Virus record (IMG/VR): IMGVR_UViG_3300036768_001490
Span: 64,001 to 128,000 of that record
Length of the DNA: 64,000 bases
Reading direction: 5' to 3' (one strand)
From: a virus
The notes beneath the pieces were generated by a model, which was given only the letters and a program-made list of their open reading frames with translations, was not told where the DNA came from and ran no database searches. Each line of letters starts with the position of its first letter. Positions within the stretch are counted from its first letter, which is position 1. Both the position numbers and the translations under genes were made by a program. Positions 11,401 through 18,167 of the stretch are shown piece by piece.

Positions 11401-13372
11401 AGGGCACCACGTCGTCCGGCAGGTTCCCGCCGAACTCGTCCGTCAGGCGGACGTGGTTGATAAGGCCGCGGGCCAGGATTTCCACGTTGCGGCGGTTGAC
11501 CTTCAGCCCGGCCGACCGCATGGCGTCCGTGTAAGCCTGGACAAAGTAGCGGCGCCCCTCGCCGATGCCCTTGTGCTGCACGATCAGGTGTGGCTGCGGG
11601 ATACCGTCACTGATGACGTCACCGGCCTCGACCGTGTCGCCAGGACGGACCCGCAGGTTGAAGCCGGCGCCGACGTAGTGCCGGGTGCCGTTGATCCAGA
11701 CAAACTTGCCTCCGGCCGGAGCGTCCTCGATGCGCTCCACCGTGCCATCCTCGGTCGCGTGCGCTGCTCCGCCGCGGAACACCTTGGGCACCTGGATCAG
11801 CTGGTTAATGTACTGGAAACCGCTCACGGCCTTCTCACGTCCGGCCACGCCACCGCTGTGCTTGGCCGAAAGCTGCGCCTGCGACAGCGGCTCCGACAGG
11901 GCCTGGGCGGCGGTGAGGCCAACCTGCTCGCCGCGGCCAGGCAGAACGCCGCGTTCACGCACACCAACGTCCCGTGCGTAAACACCACCATCAGGACTGC
12001 CGCCCACCACCGGACTTCGCACAAGAATGCGAGCATGGCCTCTCCGCCGGATGTCCTTGAGAATCTTTGGCGTCAGCACCGTGTTCTTCCGGTACGGCCC
12101 CACGTCCTGAGCCAGCAGGGCGCCCTCGTTGTCCGGGTCGTCCACGTCCACGGGAAGTCCGCGCGGCGTCGGGTCGTCCCGCGGGTCTTCCTCGTCCACT
12201 ACCACCAGGCGGTGCGAGACCTGGTTGAGCTGCTTGCTGTTGGACACGACCATGCCGTTGGCCAGCACGAACAGGTGGTCCGGGTGGTCCACTTCGATGT
12301 CATAGGTCGGCCGCCAGCCGACTTCTTCCCGCCGCACCAGGCGGCACAGCAGGACGTGCCTGTCCACCGGCCGCCGCGGCTCCTCTCCGTACCCGACCCC
12401 GGCCGGGACAAGGGCCGGCTGCCGCGGCCTCGCCGCCACCAGGCGGAGGCCGGCAGCTGCCACCTGACGCAGCGGCAGCAGGAGGTAGGGACGTCGTCCT
12501 CCCGGCGGCGCTGCCAGGACACGGTGGTCCTCTGTCGCCTCGATGGTGATGGCGGCCCTGCCGGCGCGGAAGACGTACCGCCAGACCCGGCGGAGACCGT
12601 GGACAAACAGGGCCCGGACCCGCGTGGGGAACGTCCGTCCCCGCCGGTCGGCACCGAGGACAAGGTCGCCGGGACGCAGCTGCTCGATGGGGACGGAAGT
12701 CCCTTCCGGCCGGCACACCTGCGTTCCTTCCGCCAGGCACAGGAAACCGGCGTCCTGCGTGGAAAACTTGGTCGCCATGACGCCCTTGCGCGCCCCGTAG
12801 GTGCCTGCCCAGTATTCGACTGGCCGGTAGCCCTCGCTGTAGGACGACAGGATCGGCAGAGGCAGCACGTCGTCGCGGTGGTCGGCGAAGAGCAGGCCGG
12901 TGCCGCGCAGCTCCGCCAGGTTCATGGCGTTGCCGCGCGAACCGGACAGCACCTGGAAGGCCAGTGGGTTTTCCTCCCGCAGCGATTCCTGGTAGACCTC
13001 GTCTGGAATCTTCTCGGCCGCGCGGCCCACGGTCAGGACCAGCAGGTCGTTCCGCTGCCGGTCGGTCAGCCGGTCGTCGTCAAGGATCTTCTTGACCTTG
13101 GACCACAGTTCCCGTTGCTTCCGACGGGCAATCTCGGACTTGGCCATGTGCCGCAGGCCGAAGGAGAAGCCGCCCGTCTCCGACGCGGCCTGGCGGCCGA
13201 TGTCCGCCAGGTGCTTGCTAACGTCGCGGTATCGCTCCGTATGCTTCCGCGCCAGCTGGCGCAGCAACTCCGCCATGCCCTTCTTGTCCAGGACACGCTG
13301 GTAGTCGCGCAGGTCTTCTGGCAACGTCTCGTTGACCAGGAGCTGCCCCATGCTGGTGCGTAGAACTGGCAT
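8486..13372 (-). CDS. rpoC: RNA polymerase beta' C-terminal half (bridge helix, trigger loop) with mini-intein, fused to ~850-aa tail
   Basis: STQDAGFL/SKQL = bridge helix; GEQVGLTAAQALSEPLSQAQLSAKHSGG = trigger loop; NRRNVEILARGL; ATG 13372 just after upstream TGA. Confidence 0.9.
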   Translation of the reverse strand: MPVLRTSMGQLLVNETLPEDLRDYQRVLDKKGMAELLRQLARKHTERYRDVSKHLADIGRQAASETGGFSFGLRHMAKSEIARRKQRELWSKVKKILDDDRLTDRQRNDLLVLTVGRAAEKIPDEVYQESLREENPLAFQVLSGSRGNAMNLAELRGTGLLFADHRDDVLPLPILSSYSEGYRPVEYWAGTYGARKGVMATKFSTQDAGFLCLAEGTQVCRPEGTSVPIEQLRPGDLVLGADRRGRTFPTRVRALFVHGLRRVWRYVFRAGRAAITIEATEDHRVLAAPPGGRRPYLLLPLRQVAAAGLRLVAARPRQPALVPAGVGYGEEPRRPVDRHVLLCRLVRREEVGWRPTYDIEVDHPDHLFVLANGMVVSNSKQLNQVSHRLVVVDEEDPRDDPTPRGLPVDVDDPDNEGALLAQDVGPYRKNTVLTPKILKDIRRRGHARILVRSPVVGGSPDGGVYARDVGVRERGVLPGRGEQVGLTAAQALSEPLSQAQLSAKHSGGVAGREKAVSGFQYINQLIQVPKVFRGGAAHATEDGTVERIEDAPAGGKFVWINGTRHYVGAGFNLRVRPGDTVEAGDVISDGIPQPHLIVQHKGIGEGRRYFVQAYTDAMRSAGLKVNRRNVEILARGLINHVRLTDEFGGNLPDDVVPYATLEYNYQPRAGHQELDVRRAVGKYLEKPVLHYTIGTRVRPSVIRELQQFGIRRVVVHDEPPPFQGEMIRGMYSLQHDPDVLARMYGSGIKGGLLEAVHRGRGWDESGTSFVPGLARASDFGLVGPVRQPEPGTVPDGMEESARGGARRKTAPRLVATDGLALDLPPPAAAGSDEGGSMLSRIFRGWYKSSWDQEAQRQEADALLRQAEAQFFGKSAADDNKDSSKPVAASGGANPSGGAKPAAQPAGNSHTAGATRPTSVRNPDPFRGVVRTPATMYQPYQYAPHQGEYTRGRPMMWQHDDPRQAAMFVRGGGNPNDPNSGFGGLVGSAIRFGSLLDPNAIHVLTSRSPYVRGQYQYQPFGPGQQGQGRPVPPGYLPGTGRPGENSQQQPDYGDYVTGPRTFSYDFSQSPHLPHPYSQSSHSPHQYAVPPAYLAFDLGRGHEDAVVNNSDAAVNNSNNAEAAGKKDDNQLKWHNYVSLASLPFSGVQALSSISGSGMQGTGTALNWLASSNVAKRLLGERTTARLLNAAGGLTSGGTKMLNVAGWLGKYVVNPAAIIAGLGEAGSNILEDWQEGGWDRLLSSEGKFRSENQKAIQGTADLFDLYKWRQQPGMNLLTALGIRSNHVNTGRIMLEGGAQLGVEGYNLFKDLYRALSEDQADDGAAKSKLTSESNIGKHFEAQAAVGNLIRKHQADRLRRGELASGNAVDPFAFTPALQLSEDERAKDYGPLGNVVADSLHRLFKGITRVERDSNNPEGSMNLIKNITKTVADIHTAGTTMSAQAEGIATEAEKIVMKQLHEKDIPEAERLKAKKARGESLSQQEEKFIRDVEIAKTKTPAQLVIESSKLSPTQSLTYMAMGHKMINPFSHEERKEALNPLTGGKMLEEATLVRDALAGALAEENAKGTKDTKGLRRAVNATEFIVDVLSRPAAGWDDYLTGNAVIPGTGGRTLPALNPLHWRRQFRETFGW
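12239..12739 (-). mobile_element. Mini-intein (167 aa, no endonuclease) in beta' bridge helix
   Basis: CLAEGT start, ATEDH block B, TYDIEV block F, VVSN/S end; removal restores GFL-SKQL. Confidence 0.92.
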
Positions 13373-13374
13373 GG

Positions 13375-13794
13375 TCACTTCACCCACACCCTCTGGCCGT
13401 CAGCCAGGCGCAGGCAGCGCGACCGAGGGGAGAACAACCAGATGGTGATGCGCGGCTGGTTTGCCATGCATACCTCGCGGCAACGCCATACATGGTGCTC
13501 GTCCTGGCTGCTGGACACCAGCAACAGGACCACAGGCAGGCGTCGGGAGCGGGCGCCGTAATAGAGGGACTTACCCACTGCCTCGGCCCAGTCGGGTGCC
13601 CAGGCCACGGCGACGGCATGGTGAGGGGTCAGAAGGTCGATGCGCGTGCCGTCGTAGTTGCTTGCCCCGGCCTGGGCCGGCAGGCCGCTGGAGGTCAGGC
13701 TGGCTGCCAGGCATCCAGCCCAGTCCTCCTCTTCGGGAACGTTGCCGCCGGTCAGCAGGCGGCGCAGCCACGACCGGAAGTGCTGGAGCATCAC
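13375..13794 (-). CDS. Small restriction-endonuclease-like (PD-(D/E)XK) protein, probably degenerate
   Basis: DGTRIDLLTP..AVAVAWAPDWAEAVGKSLYY resembles recalled family DGTRVD..T..HAIEVDW..KWAEAIGQSLYY. Confidence 0.5.
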   Translation of the reverse strand: MMLQHFRSWLRRLLTGGNVPEEEDWAGCLAASLTSSGLPAQAGASNYDGTRIDLLTPHHAVAVAWAPDWAEAVGKSLYYGARSRRLPVVLLLVSSSQDEHHVWRCREVCMANQPRITIWLFSPRSRCLRLADGQRVWVK

Positions 13795-13814
13795 GCCGGC
13801 CCAAAATCCGTTTT

Positions 13815-14618
13815 TTAGCTGTCCGCGGGCACCTGCCCGTCCGCTGGGACCGGGACCGCCACGTCCACTTCCTCCTGGTCCTGCTCCTGTCGGGACCGTC
13901 CCTTCCGGGACCGTCCCTTCCGGGGACGCTGCTCCGTGGTCGCGTCAACGGCAGCGTCCGCTTCCTGGACGAAAGAGGAGGGAGAAGGGACGTCCTCCGT
14001 CTCCGCCGCTGGCAGGTTGGCTGGATGCAGCAGGCATTCATCCACGGGGCCGCTGCCTGGGTCCGGACGCGGCTGCCCTCCGTCCTGCTGGGCCCGGGCC
14101 GCCGGGGCCTCTTCGGCCGGAGTGTAGGACAGGCGGCATTTGTGGTACTGGTCCTCCGTGATGACCTCGCGCGTCACCATCATTTCCAGGGCAGCGCGGG
14201 TCCGGCGCAGCAGCGCTCCGGCGCCATGCCGGACGTAAATGACCAGGCCGATAGCACCCTGGTGCAGCCGGGCCGCCGCTTCCTGCAAGACCTCAGAGAT
14301 GTCTCCTTCCTCACGCACGACCAGGCGGTCGTCGCCTCCTGTGGGCCAGAAGGCGGTCCTGGCCGGCGGCGGCGCAGCGGCCGTCCGCTCCGGGCAGCGG
14401 TAATACTCATCCGCCGAATAGAGGACGTCCGGGTAGCGCGTGGCCGGTCGCCTAGCCAGCCGGCAGGCCGGCGCGGGCCGCGCCCGCGTGTAGCACTCCT
14501 TGGTCACGGCCGAGACGTCGTTGCTGGCGTAATACCTGTCCGCGCTGCTCCGGTCGCGCCAGAAGTTTGTCCGCCGGGAAGGGATGGATCTGCGTGGAAG
14601 TTCCGGTGCCAAGGGCAT
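13815..14618 (-). CDS. Hypothetical protein with RKGRS repeats near C-terminus
   Basis: ORF fills gap in operon; start uncertain. Confidence 0.6.
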   Translation of the reverse strand: MPLAPELPRRSIPSRRTNFWRDRSSADRYYASNDVSAVTKECYTRARPAPACRLARRPATRYPDVLYSADEYYRCPERTAAAPPPARTAFWPTGGDDRLVVREEGDISEVLQEAAARLHQGAIGLVIYVRHGAGALLRRTRAALEMMVTREVITEDQYHKCRLSYTPAEEAPAARAQQDGGQPRPDPGSGPVDECLLHPANLPAAETEDVPSPSSFVQEADAAVDATTEQRPRKGRSRKGRSRQEQDQEEVDVAVPVPADGQVPADS

Positions 14619-14678
14619 TCCCTCCTTGTGTGCCTGCATGGCAAGGGCCGTTTCCGCCTGGGATTATCACCCGTCACG

Positions 14679-14960
14679 TCACTCGCGTGGACGGGGTCCA
14701 GCGATCAGCTGGGCTCCCGGGGGTGGGCCCGACAAACGGATGCGGTCCACCACGGTCGTCTGGGAGACGCCGAGGCGGCGCAGCAGGCGGTTAAAGTCCT
14801 CCATGCCCGCCATGCTGGCCGAGTAGGCGCCGTCCGGGCCGTAGTGAGCGGCGGCGAAGATCGGCGTGCCGTCGTCCGTCTCCAGGATGACCTGGCTGAC
14901 CGGAAGGACCAGTACCTGCCCGCGGCCAATGCCGTCGAGCGGGATGAGCTTGGCGATCAT
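14679..14960 (-). CDS. Hypothetical protein
   Basis: 93 aa; ATGA overlap with upstream gene. Confidence 0.7.
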   Translation of the reverse strand: MIAKLIPLDGIGRGQVLVLPVSQVILETDDGTPIFAAAHYGPDGAYSASMAGMEDFNRLLRRLGVSQTTVVDRIRLSGPPPGAQLIAGPRPRE

Positions 14961-15787
14961 GCAGCGCCGCCCTTTGCCGCCCGTGCCGCCTGGCGGAAAC
15001 GGGCAATGGCAGCCGCCCGGTCCTGCACGGCGCTGAAGCCACTTGTGTCAAAGGATGAGCCGTCAAAGGCGTGGCCGTTGCCGCGGTAGGCCCGGCGGTC
15101 ATGCGCCGGCTTCTCTGCCCCCGGCTTGCCCGCCGGCTGTATGCCCTCCAGGGGAGGAATGGGAGGGATCGCGCCCTCCTCGCCCCCTGCGCCGTCAGCA
15201 GACGGGTCGATGCCAGGCATGGGACCGCCCGTGGTCGAGGCGTGGGCCAGGTTCGTGAGGTCTTGCTGGGTGGCGACCATCTCCGAGGCAGGGATCTTGA
15301 TGCCGAGCTGGTCGGCGATGCGTGCCTGGATCTTCAGGATCGACAGCAGCACGGCGTTGGTGTCGATCTTGGGCTTGATGACGCCGCCCGTGTTGCCACC
15401 GTTGCCACCGTTGCCACCGTTGCCACCGTTGCCACCAGAACCGTTGCTCGACTGCATCTGCTGGATCTGCTGCTGGAGCTGACGTACCTGGTCCTGCAAG
15501 GCAGCCACGTCCGCGCTGTTGTCCGGCGACGGCGGTGGCGACGGCATGCCGCCCGCTGCCATCATGCTGGGGTCTGCCGGCATGCCGCCCGCTGCCATCA
15601 TGCTGGGGTCTGCCGGCATGCCGCCCGCTGCCATCATGCTAGGGTCTGCCGGCATGCCGCCCGCTGCCATCATGCTGGGGTCGCCGGCGGGCACGAAGGC
15701 ACGCTTGTGGAACCCGCCCAGGTTCCGCCGTGCCATCTTGAGGACTTCAAAATTGACCAGATGGTCGTCGCGCGTGGGGGCGCCCAT
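14957..15787 (-). CDS. Gly/Pro/Met-rich low-complexity protein with FHKRA site
   Basis: Start moved to ATG 15787 (GGAG SD); AAGGMPADPSMM x4, NGG repeats, coiled coil. Confidence 0.7.
   Translation of the reverse strand: MGAPTRDDHLVNFEVLKMARRNLGGFHKRAFVPAGDPSMMAAGGMPADPSMMAAGGMPADPSMMAAGGMPADPSMMAAGGMPSPPPSPDNSADVAALQDQVRQLQQQIQQMQSSNGSGGNGGNGGNGGNGGNTGGVIKPKIDTNAVLLSILKIQARIADQLGIKIPASEMVATQQDLTNLAHASTTGGPMPGIDPSADGAGGEEGAIPPIPPLEGIQPAGKPGAEKPAHDRRAYRGNGHAFDGSSFDTSGFSAVQDRAAAIARFRQAARAAKGGAA
15543..15686. repeat. 36-bp tandem repeat x4 (AAGGMPADPSMM)
   Basis: Seen directly. Confidence 0.92.
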
Positions 15788-15879
15788 GTGAAAGCTCCAT
15801 TTTTCGTGGTCACGTACCGTGTGGCCCAGTCTACCGTACCTTGCCGGGCGCACACCAGTCCGCTTCGTCCGCCGCCCCC

Positions 15880-16380
15880 CTACGACGCCCGCCGCGGCCG
15901 CCGGAGACGGCGCCACAGCCGGCGGAGCGGCCGGACGTAGTAGTGGCCGACGAAGCCGCGGACCAGGGGCCAGCCGAGAGCCCGGCGGACGTCGTTTTCC
16001 CAGGCCGTGATCGGGCACTCGGCCCGGCTGCACACGGACCAGATGATGGCGAAGCAGGCAGGAAAGGCCAGATACCACGGGGCGTAGAACGGGGCGACGC
16101 AGAAGGCGGCCGCGTTCGCGCCCACCAGGGCCGAGTGGAACAGCCAGATCGCGGCCCAGCGGAATATGAGCCACGTCCGCTGCCACTCCCGCTCCCGGAC
16201 GGCCCCCACCTCCTCCGCTGCCCGGCGCAGCATGGCCAGCGACTGCCGGAGCGAGTCGTTCGTGCTGGTCTGGCCCACGGCCTCGTCCAGGGCGGTAAAG
16301 AGACAGCGCAGGTCCGCGTCCGAAAGGTACTCCCGTGCCAGGGCCAGGATGTTGCTGGCCTCCTCGGTCGTTGTTGGCAT
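15880..16380 (-). CDS. Membrane protein, DUF2784-like
   Basis: Two hydrophobic helices then CPITAWENDVRR; GGGAGG SD. Confidence 0.55.
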   Translation of the reverse strand: MPTTTEEASNILALAREYLSDADLRCLFTALDEAVGQTSTNDSLRQSLAMLRRAAEEVGAVREREWQRTWLIFRWAAIWLFHSALVGANAAAFCVAPFYAPWYLAFPACFAIIWSVCSRAECPITAWENDVRRALGWPLVRGFVGHYYVRPLRRLWRRLRRPRRAS

Positions 16381-16381
16381 G

Positions 16382-18136
16382 TCAACCTCCCAGGATCTCG
16401 ACAGGGGTGTCCACTGTGATTTCACCGCGCCGATAGGCCCGGATGGCATCCTGGCGGGAACGGAACACGCGCGGGCGCTTCCTTGACACGGAGCGCCGCC
16501 GGGTGGACTCGTACAGCCCGCCCAGGTACTCCTGCCCCGGCATGTGTACCGGCGACTGGAAGTCCGCCGGCGAGAACAGGGACCGGCTGGGCAGCAGCCG
16601 GTCGTATGCCTCCTTCACCGCCTCCGGCGACGTCGGCACGTGGAACTGCATGGCGTCGCCGTCGAAGTCGGCGTTGAACCCCTTGGTCACGAGGGGGCTC
16701 AGGTGGATGGTGTTTCCGCTTACCAGCCGGGGGCGAAAGGCCAGGATGCCGAACTTGTGCAGCACGGGGGCCCGGTTGACGTACACGGGGCGCTCTTCCA
16801 TTTCCTCTTGCATGATGGAGCGGGCCAGCGGCGTCCGCTCCCGGACGTGGCGCAGGGCCTCGCGGATCGGCAGGCCGCGCCGCCGGAGCCGGCGGACGAT
16901 GAACTTGCTGTAGACGTCGAACGCCTGGTTCTCCGGGATGCCGATGGAGTCCATGTCCATGTCCGGGTCCGGCGTGATGACGGCCCGGCCGACGTTGTCC
17001 ACGGTGGTGGAGAGCAGCTTGCGCTGCATCGTGCCGAACTTGGGGGATTCTCCGAAGATGCTCTTCAGGATCCCACTGACGCCCTTCTCCTGGAGCTTGG
17101 GGTGCATGGGCTCGCCGAGACCCACGACGGCCTGGAAGGCGTGGTAGACGGCCAGGCGCTCGGGGCCCGCGTTCTTCTTGCCCACCTGCTTGACCATGTC
17201 GTTGTAGTTGCGGATGGCGTCCAGCAGCTCCTTGTACAGGTAGTTGGGGTCCGATATAAGCGGGATGCCCGTGTCTCCCAGCATGGACACGGGCCGGAAG
17301 GCAGGCGGCAGCACGGGCACCCGATGCAGCACCCAGTCGCGCGGGTGCAGGCCGAGCTTCTTGGCGCTGTCCAGGTACTGCCAGCGACGGATCGCCTCGT
17401 CCCGGTGGGAAGCGCGGCCGTACCGCCACTCCGCCCGGGCCTTGTCCAGCTCCTTGTCCAGGTCCAGCTGGTCCAGCGCCTTGGCCACGGCCTGGGGTCC
17501 GCTGCCGTACCCCGGCAGAGACTCGTCTCCGGCCAGCACCGCCTCGAACTTCTTCTGCGTCAGGCCCAGGATGCGGCGGATCGGCTCCTCCATGACCGGG
17601 TTCGGCAGCGGCTCGGGCAACTCGATGGCGGCCCAGCGCCGGCCGCCGTGTCCACCCGTCAGTTTGGGGTCAAACAGGCCGCCGGGGATGGGACTCATGT
17701 TGTCGTCGAAGCGCACCAGCTCCCCGGAACGGATGATGCGGTTGCCTGCCAGCTCCTTGACGTCCTGGTCCGTCAGGGCCATGACGTTTGCCCGGTGCCC
17801 GTCCGGGACGACATTGATGCCTGCCGCCTTCAGCTGGTGGACGAACTTATCGTACACGTAGGGCACCTTGGGCTTCACCGGCGTGAAGCCCAACATGAAC
17901 TGGAGCCAGAACTGTTCGTTCTTCTGTCCCCGGATGAGGCGGGCGTCCCGGAGCGTCTCCGTGGCCCCGTGGGACATCAGGGCGTTGACGTCCAGCATGG
18001 ACAGCCTCTTCGAGTTGCTGACGAGCACGCCGCAGACCGCGTACAGGTGGACGTCAGCGACCGTGATGTCGTAGACATCGGCCAGGCTGTCCCTGCCGGC
18101 AGACGGACAGTATGGCCGGACCTCCCTGACGCGCAT
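16382..18136 (-). CDS. rpoC: IntC + RNAP beta C-terminus + beta' N-terminal half with catalytic NADFDGD
   Basis: SKRLSMLDVNALMSHGA = GQRFGEMEVWALEAYGA; VPVLPPAFRP; NRAPVLH; GFNADFDGDAM; GGGAGG SD 7 nt upstream. Confidence 0.93.
   Translation of the reverse strand: MRVREVRPYCPSAGRDSLADVYDITVADVHLYAVCGVLVSNSKRLSMLDVNALMSHGATETLRDARLIRGQKNEQFWLQFMLGFTPVKPKVPYVYDKFVHQLKAAGINVVPDGHRANVMALTDQDVKELAGNRIIRSGELVRFDDNMSPIPGGLFDPKLTGGHGGRRWAAIELPEPLPNPVMEEPIRRILGLTQKKFEAVLAGDESLPGYGSGPQAVAKALDQLDLDKELDKARAEWRYGRASHRDEAIRRWQYLDSAKKLGLHPRDWVLHRVPVLPPAFRPVSMLGDTGIPLISDPNYLYKELLDAIRNYNDMVKQVGKKNAGPERLAVYHAFQAVVGLGEPMHPKLQEKGVSGILKSIFGESPKFGTMQRKLLSTTVDNVGRAVITPDPDMDMDSIGIPENQAFDVYSKFIVRRLRRRGLPIREALRHVRERTPLARSIMQEEMEERPVYVNRAPVLHKFGILAFRPRLVSGNTIHLSPLVTKGFNADFDGDAMQFHVPTSPEAVKEAYDRLLPSRSLFSPADFQSPVHMPGQEYLGGLYESTRRRSVSRKRPRVFRSRQDAIRAYRRGEITVDTPVEILGG
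18014..18136 (-). mobile_element. Split-intein C-fragment (IntC, 41 aa)
   Basis: MRVREVR...DVYDITVADVHLYAVCGVLVSN/S: blocks F and G, Asn then Ser+1. Confidence 0.88.
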
Positions 18137-18167
18137 GCTACGCCCTCCCTGGAGACCGCGCCGGACC

